A stretch of 64,000 nucleotides of DNA, taken from the NCBI GenBank assembly GCA_964016885.1, contig OZ024740.1, positions 396,180,001 to 396,244,000 on the forward strand. The letters are read 5' to 3'. Source of the DNA: Eledone cirrhosa. Taxonomy: Eukaryota. The position numbers and the translations under genes were made by a program. The notes beneath the pieces were generated by a model. That model had not been told where the DNA came from and did no database searches. It worked only from the letters and a program-made list of their open reading frames with translations. Below, piece by piece: positions 40,250-54,016 of this stretch (position 1 is its first letter; each line of letters starts with the position of its first letter).

Positions 40250-40489
40250 CTAGAAAAGGAAAGCAAAAATACTACTTTTAGCAAGTAATATTTCATAAAA
40301 ATCATTGATTAATCTGACATACGCTTAGGAGCTTTATACAATATCTCCTAAAATGTTTTAAACACATAGAAATCTAAATGAACTTATTCATACTGACTAC
40401 TAATTAATATTATTCAGTATTATATACACTTAGTAGCAAGCTTCTGAGTTTAACTAATGTTGAGAATGATTTCACCATTCCTTCTGCCA

Positions 40490-40894
40490 GAGTCAAAAGA
40501 TGGCGAAGATGTGTGTGTGTCTGTGTACAACTTTGCATGGATAAGGCTTTCACAATTACCAACTAAATTTGACCAAATTTTCTGTGCATGTTGCACAGGT
40601 CGCTAAGATTGTCATATCACAAACTTTTTTCAAATCGACCCACGTTGAGCAATAAAAAATCGATATCAAAATTATCAGTAGAAAAATTGATGTAAGGGAG
40701 ATAACAAACTTTATTGACAATCCTTATAAAATAAGGGAGATAACTTTTTCACCAAATATACTCGTTTGCATTAATTATTGAAGACTTCTGCTTATTTTGA
40801 CAGGTTGGGGACAAATAATGTTCTTCTTTTACTTCCTAGCTGTATATTCTTAGCATAATTTCAAGCCCTGAGTAACGCCGGGTAAATCTGCTAG
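40490..40894 (+). mobile_element. Non-autonomous Helitron remnant
   Basis: 3' hairpin CCCTGAGTAACGCCGGG followed by CTAG|T; similar to the 49356-49386 terminus. Confidence 0.6.
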
Positions 40895-41104
40895 TTTATT
40901 AATATAGCCAATAGTTTTCGTTAATTAGATTTAAGCAAAAGAAGAAAAAAACACAACAAAAAACGTAGCATAAAAAATCTTCTTATGTATTAGATTTTAA
41001 AACAACATGCTGCTCAATAATATATTATTCATAATCAGATTTCCAAAACAAACACTGAAATAACTTTAGCTCTAAATGGATTATATAATAACATTACATG
41101 AAGT

Positions 41105-41558
41105 TTAAACCTTTAGCATTTAAACCAGCTGTATCCAGCCAGAATTCTCTCACCTCTTTCTGTTCAAATTAGCCATGATTGGCCGCTCACACTGACATTA
41201 CGGTATTGTTCTCAAAATAAATAATATAAAAATCTCGTAGATTCGATATTATGTGAGATAATTATGTAAGATAAAGCCTTTATCACAAAAATACAATAGT
41301 AAATATAAAATAATTGTTTCTACTTTTAGCACAAGGCCAACAATTACCCAGTACATTACTGATACTTTATTTTATCGTCTCCACAAGGATGAAAGGAAAA
41401 GTTAACCTCGGCAGGATTTGGACTCAGAATGGCAAGGGCCGTAACTCAATGCATCAAAGCATGGCATCCGACCCTCTACCAATACTGCCAATCCACCAAT
41501 GTTATTTGAACATATATAATATAAATAATATAAAATAATGTAAATGCTAAAGGGTTAA
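41105..41558. mobile_element. piggyBac-type MITE with nested SINE
   Basis: TTAA-ACCTTTAGCATTT ... AAATGCTAAAGGG-TTAA; homologous to 51241-51452. Confidence 0.75.
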
Positions 41559-41671
41559 AGGATTTCTCAAGATATTTTAAATATCTATAAAGTAATTTCC
41601 AAACCCAACATGTAAGGTGAATATATTCTTTGCCTATAAATAAAAAAAACAAAACAAGGAACTATTCTTAC

Positions 41672-41797
41672 TTCATCTCCAAGAAAGAAATAGGTCTCCA
41701 GCATTTCATTAGCTTGAGTCTGTATTGCTTCATTAGAATGGTATTCCAGACCTTCAAGAAAACCAATCCCACCACATTCTTCAAACTGTTGTTGACC
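41672..41797 (-). CDS. TMCO6: TMCO6-like exon 12 (ARM10-like)
   Basis: TAG/GTAAG; GQQQFEECGGIGFLEGLEYHSNEAIQTQANEMLETYFFLGDE, resembling importin-alpha EECGG..LE.L..H.N...YF; 126 nt. Confidence 0.87.
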
Positions 41798-42623
41798 CTA
41801 GGTATACAATGAAAAACTTAGCTAGAGTCAGATCTCACAATAAAGAAAAAAAGTGATAACAATTAATATTAATAATGACAATAATTACGAAACTGTAACA
41901 AAACTAAATATAAAACTTGCTTAGTTAAAAATTTAAAATAAAAATGAAATCATCATCATTATTATCACCATTTAACGACCATTTTCCATGCTAGCATAGG
42001 TAAATATTGGCAACCACACCATTCTTAGGTGATTAGCATCATAAGGAAAATAAAACAGCTTTAGCTAAGAATCAAAATAGAACCGCATACATATCTCACA
42101 AAGAGCTTAGTTAATTTATGAATACAAACTTAATATGTATCTCCACTGCCATATTTGTATAATTGCTCAGTGGTTAAGTTGGAAGAGTAGATCATTATAG
42201 AGATATTCAAACTCTGTTGCCAACATTTTACTACATCCTTAAGCAAGAATACTTTTTCTCAATGATTAACAGGTTACTAAAAGGGTTGGGTTGGCATCAG
42301 GAAGGGGATCTGGCTGTAAAATATTGTCTCAAAACACCACATCCAACCCATGCCAGCATGGAAAAGTGGATGTGAAAATGATTATGATGACTTAATGGCT
42401 TAGTTATAAATTGGTGTCATGGGAAAGTACAACCCAATTATGTAAGAAGCAAAGGTATTGGTGTAAATCCTTATATAGATACAGCAAGCAAAGAAGTGGT
42501 CTTATCTAGGCTGATTTACCATAGATGTAGTACATGTAGATCAAAGTCGACACATATTCTAACAACCCAAGTTGCAGGTTAACCATCCATCAAAGACAAA
42601 TTATATAAATAAGCAATAATTAC

Positions 42624-42791
42624 CTCATTTGTTAGTCGGCACATCATTTCACAGAAATATAGAGCAAGACTAAGTGATTCAAGATCTGAAGATTTCAACA
42701 TTACAACCATCTGTGGAATTATCTTTAAAGGAGCCAGTTTTGAACAATGACTGGAAGAATGGCTTCCCAGATTACACAGCAGATAAATAAC
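42624..42791 (-). CDS. TMCO6: TMCO6-like exon 11
   Basis: CAG/GTAAT; VIYLLCNLGSHSSSHCSKLAPLKIIPQMVVMLKSSDLESLSLALYFCEMMCRLTNE; 168 nt, phase 0 to 0. Confidence 0.85.
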
Positions 42792-42851
42792 CTGAAGATA
42801 AATATAAAAGAAGTTATTATAATAAAAACAATAGTGATAATGATTTCCTAC

Positions 42852-43135
42852 AGTGATGTGTTGTTTCCTTGAGCAAGACACTTTATTTCACATTGCTCCA
42901 GTTTACTCATCCAGTTTACTCAGCTGTAGAAATGAGATGATAGAGGTCCATATCATTCCACTGCAAAGTGGTCGTGGAGGTGCCACAGCAAAAAAGCACC
43001 CAGCACTCACTGTAAATGAGGTTGGTGTTAGGAAGGGCATCCAGCTGTAGAAACCAAGCCAGAATCAGTTCCCATCCCACCCTTGCAAGCAGGGAAATGC
43101 GGACGTAAAATGATGATGATGATGATGATGATGAT
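42852..43135 (+). mobile_element. 5'-truncated tRNA-SINE copy
   Basis: Same family as 26109, lacking the head. Confidence 0.88.
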
Positions 43136-43463
43136 ACAAGGCTACAAATATTAAGCATGGCTTATGATCAATTGATTCAACTTAAATACATGTCTAGTAC
43201 TGATTTTCTGGAGCTTAAGAAGTAAAGCAAAAACTATGTTTATATCAAACATTCAACATTATGATAAGTAAATTTGGAATTAGAAATAGTTCCAGCAATG
43301 AGAAAAAGAAATTTAGTAGCGGGTATCAATTATTGTTATTTTCTAAACATAATACATTAAGTTATAGGACATATTGTTAATAGGTATACATCAATTGTGG
43401 TTTTGAAAAAATTCACAGAAGAAATGTACAGAATTTGAGTCGGTCATATTTTTAAGAACTTAC

Positions 43464-43555
43464 TTCAATTCGGATGTCAAAAGTAGACCCCAGAAGCTTA
43501 GCTACAGATGATAGAAGATCTGAATGCAAAATTCTCATTGAAACATCAGCAATAG
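43464..43555 (-). CDS. TMCO6: TMCO6-like exon 10
   Basis: TAG/GTAAG; IADVSMRILHSDLLSSVAKLLGSTFDIRIE; 92 nt, phase 1 to 0. Confidence 0.85.
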
Positions 43556-44105
43556 CTATGAAAGAAAGAAAAGTGCACAAGTGAAAACAATAGAAATATT
43601 TATCTTAAAAATAGGAAAAAATGAAAAATTGTAATATTTCTGAGAAATAATCATTTTAGACAACAACACAATATAAAACATAACAATTAATGCACTCAAA
43701 TGAAGTAGATTAGATTAGATTAGATTACTGTGAATAAATTTCTTTTCATGTACATAATGAACACTTGAAATGAGGTATTTAGAAATGATCCTAGAAAGGT
43801 AATCTTTAAAGATGAAATGACACCAGATCAAGATATGTGAAAAATGTATTGCATACTTGGTCAACAATCGGCCTATAACCAATGCTTGTTAATCAAATAA
43901 ATTATCTCTGTTTTTCAATCTTCTAAACCACAAATCAAGATCTATGTATCCCTAATGTTATACACATTATTTGATATATTTAGACACCCCTTAACAGATA
44001 TAGATTTGTACATTTGAAAAAAAAATACTACCAATGAACCAATAGCAAAAGAAAGGAACTGATTTTTCAAGAAAATCAAGCAGAAGTTAGAGAGAAGATA
44101 CTAAC

Positions 44106-44274
44106 CTGCCATATTAGAAAGAACCCACAAGGTTTCTTTGATAATGTGCCGGTGTTTGGAGTGAAGGAAGGCATTTAGTGATGAGAAGAAATTAGGATCA
44201 TTGGCGGCTTGTACACTATAGTCATCTTTTCCAGCACAGATATTTCCCACTGCCCGCAACAAAGGAGTTATCAC
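44106..44274 (-). CDS. TMCO6: TMCO6-like exon 9 (ARM repeats)
   Basis: CAG/GTTAG; VITPLLRAVGNICAGKDDYSVQAANDPNFFSSLNAFLHSKHRHIIKETLWVLSNMA (importin-alpha-like TPxLRxVGNI and KExxWxxSN); 169 nt, phase 0 to 1. Confidence 0.9.
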
Positions 44275-44772
44275 CTGCAACAACATTACATGTTCACAAC
44301 AATGACAATTATAATTTCTTTTAATTTGTACAAGATTAATTTTTATTAAAAATTAACAATAAAAATATAGTTGATAGAATTACCATTAAGTGATTAATAT
44401 TTTTAGTAAACTTAAATAAACAAATCACGAAGGTGATTCCAACAAAATTTGAGCAAAGAATCAAACTTGAATACTTTAAAAATATCCAATTCAGCCCCAC
44501 AACCATCATTATTTAATAATAATTTTCACTGATATATAAAGGGAAATCAGATGATCTGACATCTATGCCTTATGTAAGGAGATTAACAACATAAGTGGAA
44601 TAAAATAACTATCAGCAATTATAACTACCAAACTAAGATAGTAATTTGTCTTTCCTCCAACTATTGAACAAAAGTATTAGCAGTAAAAAGAAATACACAT
44701 TACAAGTAATGACAAAATTCCACTGTCATTCATGTAGCTGATATAAGACTAAATGTAAAGAATTGTTGTTGC

Positions 44773-44803
<31 letters not shown>

Positions 44804-45851
44804 TAAACCCAGGTTGCCCCAATTCAGTAGAACCATGATCAAGCACATCCCAACTGTGGTGATCCCACTTTTTTTTTTTTGCTGTTAGGGGTGGTCTAAA
44901 AAAGTTTTTTTTAGTATCAATCACATATAGAGAATCATCAAGAAGCAAAAAACTCATGCTTCTTACCTTCATAACATAGAATCACCTGCACCTTGTAAGA
45001 ACCTATCTTAGAAGCAGTTGAACCTGGGAGCTATTGGGCTTGTAGAAACTAAACATTTTGACCTCTGTAACTTAACTGATGTTGTTTTAGCCCAAGGTTA
45101 TCCCTGATTGAGCAGACCGATCTTCAAAGACATACCTTCTATGACCATCCCATCTTTTGTTTTCAAATATAATGTCTATAAGACTATATTATCCGAGGTA
45201 TCCATCATTTTTAAAGGTGGTAGGGTATGATTTAAGTGACATTTGACAGAGATTTGATTTTCTGTAGTGGTTTTATTGGATACCAACAGAATCTTTAAAT
45301 CCAATTTAAGAATTGTAGTTGTGTGGTTAAGAAGTTTACTATACAACCACATGGTTCCAGATTTTATCCTACTATGTAGTACCTTAGGCAAGTGTACTTT
45401 ACTATAGCCGATCATTGATCAATGCTTTGGGAGTAAAATTTGGTTGACAGAAAGTGTGAAGGAGCCTGTCTTCTGAATGTCAAGATGATGATGAATCACT
45501 GTGTCAACCAAAAATACTATGTAATAGTTAATCTGCTGATTTATGTCAGTTATTTGATAAATAGCAATTGATAAATTAATTATGAAAGTACTAAAGTTGA
45601 TAAAATCAAATAAACTCTTGAATGTAGTCTCCCATATGGCCACAGTCAACTGACTGAAATCAGTAAAAGAATAAAAATTGACTCATTGAGAACTAAACAT
45701 GCTTTGCAGGACAACTTGTTAGATTACAAAAATCAGTTTGTCTGAAGCCATATAAAATTTGAAGAAAGGAAAATAGATCAGGAAATAGTCATATATATAG
45801 TTGTAAAATAAACAAGAAATTATATTGTATTCAGTAGACAGCTAAACTAAC

Positions 45852-45948
45852 CTGTCCATTGTTTTGTTCTTCAGCAGCATAATTGTCAAGTAGATTTAGC
45901 AATTTTGTAAGAAGTCCAGCAGCAACAAGCTCATCAACATATTCACTA
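45852..45948 (-). CDS. TMCO6: TMCO6-like exon 8
   Basis: CAG/GTTAG; SEYVDELVAAGLLTKLLNLLDNYAAEEQNNGQ; 97 nt, phase 2 to 0. Confidence 0.85.
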
Positions 45949-46470
45949 CTGCAAAGTAAATTATTTTCAAAGATTATAGACCAGTAGAATTAGTAGTGTA
46001 TATGCATACATATGTCAACTAGTTATGTACTTAGCTGATCAGATTGTTTAACCACAGGTCAATCCCAGTCTAACAGACTTATGATCAAAAACATTCTAGC
46101 AATGACCATATCCTTTTAGGAATGTATATGACTACATTATCCAATGTTTACTTTCCTTATTAAAATAGTAGGATGTGATTTGAAGGAAGATAGGCTGCTA
46201 TTTTTAATAGGTTGAATAAACACATGAGAGCCTCCCTCACTGGCTAGCTGATAAGATAGTATAAAGTTTTATGCCTAATGCCTGACCTAGCGTTACAATC
46301 ATCTGTACAACAAAGTTACAAGAGATACTCTAGAGGTGTTAAATTTTTCTTTTAGTTCAAGACTAAAATGGAAATAACTAAAACATCTTACATTTAATTG
46401 ATCCAAATTATATTTACAATTAACATTCAAAATGCCATTTAAAAAGTGAAAAGTCCAAAAGGAAACTTAC

Positions 46471-46584
46471 CTGGCAGTAAGGTAAGTTAATACCCAACCA
46501 AGTTCACACAAAATATCAAAAGAGTTGAAATGAATATGCAAGAAAGGGATTATGTTGGGTAATATGTTATTATCAAGCATAGTT
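46471..46584 (-). CDS. TMCO6: TMCO6-like exon 7
   Basis: CAG/GTAAG; TMLDNNILPNIIPFLHIHFNSFDILCELGWVLTYLTA; 114 nt, phase 2 to 2. Confidence 0.87.
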
Positions 46585-46904
46585 CTGCAATGGAAGAAAA
46601 CAATAAAGAGTCATTCCATAAAATGGCTGTGATTCACTGATATAAATAGTTTAATAAACAATTCTCAACAGGTAAATTAGACTCTTTCCATAGGTTTAGA
46701 AAAGCAATAACTAAAGCAATATAATTAAGGAATTATTTTCAATATAACAGGGTTCCACTAGCAATATAAATATTCCATTACAAGTTGGAAGAAACCATTA
46801 AATTATGGTAAAAATTAAAACATACCAATACTTAAATGTTTTAAATCAAATCATGAAAGGGCTGAAATTAGACATAAAATCTTAAATCTATTGTTCATAA
46901 ATAC

Positions 46905-46981
46905 CTTTGTATGCTTGGATTTTCTCTGGCAAGGTTAGATAGAGCAAAAGAGGCTGATTGGACAACAGAAGGCACAGGTGA
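46905..46981 (-). CDS. TMCO6: TMCO6-like exon 6
   Basis: CAG/GTATT; SPVPSVVQSASFALSNLARENPSIQ; 77 nt, phase 0 to 2. Confidence 0.87.
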
Positions 46982-47150
46982 CTGGAATTGAACAGTTAAA
47001 TCTATATTATAATGGAACACATCTTTGTTCATCTGTCACACAAATACTACAATCTAACAAAGCAGTTCTAAAATGTTTTCATTCATACCAGAAGTCTGCT
47101 AATGGTATCATGTCATCTTTCTGTCTCTATACAAACACACAACAGATATT

Positions 47151-49386
47151 TCTATATATATAAAACGGTAGATGTCTGTCTGTGTGTGTGTATGATTTTT
47201 ATGCATTTCCACATTTCTCTACCGATTTTGATGATTTTTTTTCCAATGTGCTCCAAATTTACGAAGTCAGGTCAACGCGTAATAATTTTTGCCAAACATT
47301 TCCTGCTTCTATGAAAAAAAAAACGATAAATCTAAATACATACTGTAACCCTCTCTCTTACACGCTTCATTCCTCTCACTACTACCATCAAAAATCTATG
47401 AAACTACATACATGTTGCAACTCTCGCTATATATATATCACACACACACATATACATCTAAAGAGAGAAAGGGAGATGTAGAGAGAGAGAGTGAGATAGG
47501 TCATTATACAGAGAGAGGTACACAATAATCAGATAGAGACAGAGAGAGAGAAAATGGCGACGAACGCTGGTTCACACATACACACACACAAACAAACACA
47601 TATATATATAAAGACAGAGAGAAAGAGACAGAGAGAAAGAGAGAGATCTGCGCGTTCTTTATTGTTCTCCATTCTGTAGAAGAAGAGAGAGAGAGGGGGT
47701 ATGAGTGAGTGAGTGAGAGAGAGAGAGGGGGTATGAGAAAAAAGGCGAGGGGTTGAGAAAGAAAGAAAGTTTAAGCAAAGAATCGCTGCTTTCAACATTA
47801 ACGGGATCTTCTGAAACTAATAAATTCAATCTGTGAACGCAGAATTAAATATTTCGAGAAACATTGCAACCGAAGGAAAACATGAAGACGATATTTTGGT
47901 TCGTGAAGACGTTCCCTGGCAATGAACGGAAAAAAAGCGAGGATAATACGTTGTTATGTGGAGCGTGAAGAACAATTTCATGCAAAGACAAGACCAAGTT
48001 TATGGTATAAATGGAGTCGTTAGACTAATATTCTATTTAAAATAACCGAATGATTTCCAGCCCCGGAGTTTAAGAATGATGTAAATAAAATTGTAAACGA
48101 AAATGACAGAGGTTATTAAAATAGTTGTTTCTACTTTTGGCACAAGGCCAGCAATTACCCAGTACATTACTGGTACTTTATTTTATCAAAACCGTAAGGA
48201 TGAAAGTCAAAGTTAACCTCGACGGGATTTTAACTTTGCCTTAAAATAGTAAAAGTAAATAGTGAAGATTTAGGCCAGTACATACGTATGCGGCGACGGA
48301 CATACATATACATACGCACACACAAACATGCACGCGTGTGTGTGTAAACCTTATACATTTCTAGAGTATTTTCACCAAACTTAAGACATAGGTTACTTAT
48401 GTACTCTGGATGGTCATGAGCACTTTCTAGATATTGATTATAGGGCCTCCCGGCAGATAACCCCCTTCAACCACTTCCTTGGAGTCGACTGAAGCACTGC
48501 AGTGCAATGCAACAAAACATCATAACTTCTGGAGTTCGCAACCGATTTTCACAAAACTTGACACATGGGCTACGTTTGTTCTACAGATGAATGTGAAAGG
48601 AACTTAACATTGTAACTTTAACACAGCTACTGAGCAGCCCCGAGCAACGCCAGGCTTTACTGATATAGGCGATAAAGTTGTGCAGACAGACAGTCGTGCA
48701 GAGAGGTGATATAGGCGATAAAGTTGTGCAGGCAGACAGTCGTGCAGAGAGGTGATATAGGCGATAAAGTTGTGCAGGCAGACAGTCGGATATATGCGAT
48801 AAAGTTGTGCAGACAGACAGTCGGGCTGATAGACAATGGAGGCATGCAGACAGACAGTCGTGCAGAGAGGTGATATAGGCGATAAAGTTGTGAAGACAGA
48901 CAGTCGGGCTGATAGACAATGGAGGCATGCAGACAGACAGTCGTGCAGAGAGGTGATATAGGCGATAAAGTTGTGAAGACAGACAGTCGGGCTGATAGAC
49001 AATGGAGGCATGTAGACAGACAGTCGTGCAGAGAGGTGATAGGCGATAAAATTGCATTTTTTTTTTTTTCATGTCCATCCAATTTCTTTGCTTCAAAATA
49101 ACTGATATTTTGGTTATGCTGATGTTTTTCTCTGAGACAAGTGTTGCAGTGTTTACATTTTCGATTTTTGTTAATAGATTACCATCTTTTGTTTTAACAT
49201 TCGAGTTATGGTTATGTTTTCTTAACTTCATAAGGCATACTGTTGGTTGAGGAAATATTAATCAAAAGTACCACATGAAGGTCTACATTGTAGACTCTAC
49301 AGTTTTTAAGCCAAGAAAGGAACTTAACATTGTAACTTTAACACAGCTACTGAGCAGCCCCGAGCAACGCCGGGCTTTACTGCTAG
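47151..49386 (+). mobile_element. Non-autonomous Helitron in intron 5
   Basis: 5' TCTATATATATAAAAC..; 3' hairpin GCCCCGAGCAACGCCGGGC then CTAG|T; CpG-rich interior; nested SINE fragment. Confidence 0.75.
48662..49052. repeat. Minisatellite with alternating units of about 40-46 bp inside the Helitron
   Basis: GATATAGGCGATAAAGTTGTG-CAGACAGACAGTCG and GATAGACAATGGAGGCATG-CAGACAGACAGTCG units. Confidence 0.9.
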
Positions 49387-50532
49387 TATATATATATATA
49401 TATGGGATAACAAGTTATCGTTATAGGTAATCCAGTTAGAGGTTGTGAGTACTCTGTGTCATGGATAGTTTTAACGTACAGCTATGGAGATCGAATGATG
49501 CAACCTCAAGCGATTAGCGAACTCTAGACACACCTGATCAACGAAACAATTGTCAGTACTTTAAATAAAGCCCTTATTGTACAGCCAACCATGTTACTCT
49601 TCATTCTTTAACTATATATATATATATATATCATCCTCATCACCATCTAACATCTATTGTTCATGCTTGCATGGATTAAAAAGCTGTTATGTATTGAGAC
49701 CAGACTGGTCAGGTGACTAGGTCCTGCCCATATGTTTCATTCTGGTTTGGTTGCTATGGCTGAATGCCCTAAACAGGGTATACTGTGAAAAAGAATTGTT
49801 ATTTTATCATTCTTGTATGGTGTGTGGCTGACATCCAGATTTTGGCCATTGACTACAAGCTTCTGTAGCTTATGATTCTCATTGAAGACCACCTTCTTGA
49901 CTCAACACTTCCTCTCTCTCACAGTAGTATGACAACCCTTTACTCCCATCAATGCCTCCTCAGTGCTGGTGACAACAAAAAGCACCCAGTCCACCTTGTA
50001 AGGTAGTAGTGCAGGAGTCACAATAAAATACTCCCAGAGCACTGTAAAGTGGTTAGCATTAGGAAGAACATCTAGCCATAGAAACCAAGCCAAAAACAGA
50101 GTGTATGAGCAAGATGTCATCATCTGACTAATCTAGCCTTAGTATGTCACAATCTGTCTAACCCACCTAAACATAGAAAATAGATGTCAAACAATGATGA
50201 TGATGATATTACTCAGACTATTGGCCTCAGATATACCCTTGTCAACAAAATCCATTAGATGTGATGTGCAGCCGATTGTCACACTTGGTGGTGAATTGCC
50301 ACCCCTTTCTTCTTCATTTGTTATCTATCTTTTATGCGTTTATATTTGTATATATCATTTGTGTTTCTGTTTCGTTCTGTAAGCATTATATTATTATATT
50401 TTTATACAACTGTGAATAAATGACTTTAATAAATGTACACATACACAAATCTTAAGTAAGTACACATAATAGCATCCTCATGAAAGCTACCTATGTTAAT
50501 ACAATGATGATATAGAAAGGAAATAAAATTAC

Positions 50533-50637
50533 CTGCAGAAGATTTATTAATGGAGAAACAGCTCCTTGGGTATGTAAGAGGTCCTGGCATTCTTTGCTAT
50601 CACCAGCCAGGTTACCAACAGCCCAAGCAGACTGATC
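50533..50637 (-). CDS. TMCO6: TMCO6-like exon 5 (ARM repeat)
   Basis: CAG/GTAAT; DQSAWAVGNLAGDSKECQDLLHTQGAVSPLINLLQ (importin-alpha-like WAxGNxAGDS); 105 nt, phase 0 to 0. Confidence 0.9.
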
Positions 50638-51240
50638 CTGAAATGATAAAAGAGGCATGTAAGTATATTTTTCATTTGTTCAGTCAGATTTACCAATTTA
50701 AAAAAAAATGTAATTAAATTATAAGTTAATTTAAAATTGAATTTATATTTTTTACTTTTTAGTGATGGGTAAACTAGAATTGAATAGTAAATATATTACC
50801 ACTTTTAAATAGTGTTTGTCAAAGTAAACATGAAAGGAAATATAAACTGAGAAACAAGTGAGAACTGAACTCATGTCTCTTTTGTTGATACTTCAGTGTA
50901 ATTGTCACCATATAACAATTCCTCTGATATCATGTTAATAACCTTATATCTATATTCTGGAATTGCTTTTTAATCCTATACATGCTTATATATCACCAGC
51001 TATTGTTTTGGACAGGTAATTTTTAAGGACACCAAATCTAGCTTTCTTATAATCTATAGTGACATGAACTGAATTGACATTTCATTCATTTTTAACAATG
51101 AATAAACTAAAAATGATTAGGAAAATATGTTTACAGTTTGTAAACAATATCTGAGCAGATATACAAAGCAAACATAAAAAAAGAGTTGGAAATCAGATCA
51201 CAATGGAAAATCCAAATTATATCTTTGTTGATGCTTCAGT

Positions 51241-51452
51241 TTAACCCTTTAGCATTTTAACTGGCTGCATCCGGCCAGAAATTCTCACCTCTTTCTCTTC
51301 AAATTGGCCATAACTGACTGCTTATACTTATGTTAAAGCATTCTTCTCAAAATAAATATCTAAATCTCATAGATTTGATATTATGTGAGGTAAAGTGTTT
51401 ACTGTGAAAATACAATAGTAAATATAGAGTAATGGAAATGCTAAAGGGTTAA
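51241..51452. mobile_element. piggyBac-type MITE
   Basis: TTAA-CCCTTTAGCATTT ... AAATGCTAAAGGG-TTAA. Confidence 0.8.
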
Positions 51453-51559
51453 TTACAACTAAGACATCAACAAGGAAAATGTATGATTCTAACCAGGCTC
51501 TCTCTTTTATTCCTTCACATTTTTGCTTTGTATATCTGCTGAAACAATTCTTTAAAAAT

Positions 51560-51835
51560 CATCATCATCATCATCATCAACGTTTAACGTCCGTGTTCCA
51601 CGCTTGCATGGGTTTGGACGGGGGTAGTCCCACTTGAGGCAAGAGTGATTGTCTTGCTCGCATAGGACTGTCTGGCAGGTTTTCTACAGTTGGATGCCCT
51701 TCCTAACACCAACCACATTTACAGTGTGGGTCTGGGAGGTTTTTACCGTGTTGCCTACACGGCCACATTACAGCGTGGACTGTGTGTTTTTTTGTCGTGA
51801 CACCTACACGATCTCATTTGTTTCGGCCTGGATGT
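51560..51835 (-). mobile_element. RTE family A 3' UTR fragment (related fragments at about 49880-50207, 52930-53140, 53668-53865, 57268-57590)
   Basis: Near-identical to 27055-27315. Confidence 0.88.
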
Positions 51836-51862
51836 AAATATATAATATATATATATATATTA

Positions 51863-52181
51863 TGGAGGCACATGGCTTAGTGGTTAGAGCATTGGCCTTG
51901 CAATCGAAAGGTTGTGAGTTCAATTCTCAGACCACGTGATGTGTTGTGTCCTTGAGCAAGACACTTTATTTCACATTGCTCCAGTTTACTCAGCTGTAGA
52001 AATGAGATGATCGGAACTGGGGTCCATATCATTCCACTGCAAAGTGGTCGTGGAGGTGCCACGGAAAAAAAGCACCCAGCACTCACTGTAAATGAAGTTG
52101 GTGTTGCTGTAGAAATCAAGCCAGAATCAGTTCTCGTCCCACCCTTGCAAGCAGGGAAAAGCGGACGTAAAATGATGATGA
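51863..52181 (+). mobile_element. tRNA-derived SINE
   Basis: Same family as 26109, small internal deletion. Confidence 0.9.
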
Positions 52182-52637
52182 TATATATCTTCAAATATAT
52201 TATTTTTTCATTATCAAACCTTTTAGTCCAACATCAAGCAAAACAAATACATTTTAAACTTATATACCACTTCAAATTTGAGATCAAGATGTGAGTTATT
52301 GATCATAATATTATAAGAACAAACTTTGTTACTGCTATTAGGTTTTCACCAAGGCAAAGTACATTATCCTGGTTGCATTAGTATGCCAAACTAATAGCAA
52401 GTATCATTTCTATTTCATAGTTGAGTAGTTTGCACTACGAAAAACATCTCACTGTAAAAATAAATGATGCAACAACATCCAAATTTACAATGACTATCCT
52501 CTCCATGAGGATATGGGAGAAATTGTTGTTTTTATTATTGTGAAAATAAAAATATATAAAAAAGGAATGCAAAATATAGTTAGTTTAAAAGTTATATTCT
52601 CAAAACAGCAAATATAAAGAGTTCACTCAGTTGTTAC

Positions 52638-52821
52638 CTGTAAGAAATGATTGTTACTGCTAAGGTATGTGATGAGGTAAGGAGCAGCTATCTTAGCAAT
52701 GGCAGTTGTGTAGTGATGCATTCCAGCTGATAGGTTGGTGAGGCACCATGCAGCCTCCAACTGCACATCAGGATCTGGACCAGTAAATAAACCAACCAAA
52801 CAAGGCAATACATTCTCAACA
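52638..52821 (-). CDS. TMCO6: TMCO6-like exon 4 (ARM repeat)
   Basis: TAG/GTAAC; VENVLPCLVGLFTGPDPDVQLEAAWCLTNLSAGMHHYTTAIAKIAAPYLITYLSSNNHFLQ; QLEAA and YLxTYLSS motifs recalled from TMCO6; 184 nt, phase 2 to 0. Confidence 0.9.
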
Positions 52822-53903
52822 CTATAACAAATATAAAATAATTTCAGTTTTGTTAACATTCTTTCGAAATAGAGATAGGAAAACAAATTTCAAAATCAAA
52901 TATTTCTCAATTTTATCTTGCTTGCAACCAGAATCATGATAAAAGGCTTCCAATACACACAGTAAAGTGGTTGACATTAAGAAGAGCTTCCAGCTGTAGA
53001 AATCATGCCAAAAGCAGGATGTACAAGCAAGATGTACAAGCAAGATGTAGTCACTTGACTAGTCTAGCCTCAGTATGTCTACCTGTCTAACCCATGCAAG
53101 CATGGAAAATAGACTTTGAACAGTAATGGTGATGATGAAACATGCCTCAGTAATTAATGTCTCCGAGTGAAATATTTCTTCTAATATGACACAACCTTAA
53201 GTGTATAGTGAGATACTAGCAATAGATTTCTTAGCCAAAATCTATATTTGAGTGACTGTAAAGTTCTCGTCATATTTAGTAATGAGTTGTCACCACCAAA
53301 TAGATCCAGATAACAATGAGATCAAGTTAATCACACTTAAAGGCTATATCATTGATTTCACAAGGAAGTACATCATGACATTCCCAAGACCATAGATTAA
53401 TTTGCTCACAATATCTAATAATACACATACACTGTCCTCGACAATACTTATGCATGTTGGGCTTTCTTAATTGTCTTTCACAACTATGATACTGTTAAAT
53501 GATTATTATCAGTATCAAACTCAGTCAAACTTCTCAAAAATTTCTACAATTCTTCCCTAAGATAAGAATAAACTAACACATTTTTATACTTGAGAGCATA
53601 CCAGAAATTCAATACAAATGAACTATGGCTCATAATCAATGCAAATAATGATAGAATATATATATATCATCATCATCCTCGTTTAACGTACATCTTCCAC
53701 GCTAGAATGGGTTAGATGGGCTTGTCCCACTTGAGGCAAGATTGGTTGGGTGACCGTGTCACACTTGTATAGAACTGTATCTGGCTGGTTTTCTACGACT
53801 GGATGCCCTTCCTAACGCCAACCACATTTACAGTGTAGACTGGGAGCCTTTTTACCATGTCTCCTGTAATATATAAACATATAGATTAAATGAAACTTAT
53901 TAC

Positions 53904-54016
53904 CTGAAAAATGCATCAATATATAATGATCCTTGTGAAAAAGCTCTTCTCAGAAGCTGTAATTTTTCTACACATTTATCATAGCCCTTCAATAGTTCAT
54001 GAGTCGCTGCTACAAC
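53904..54016 (-). CDS. TMCO6: TMCO6-like exon 3
   Basis: CAG/GTAAT; VVAATHELLKGYDKCVEKLQLLRRAFSQGSLYIDAFF; 113 nt, phase 0 to 2. Confidence 0.82.

Noticed and set aside
48662-49052. CRISPR-like appearance of repeated units
   Set aside because: No unique spacers, eukaryotic context, lies inside a Helitron
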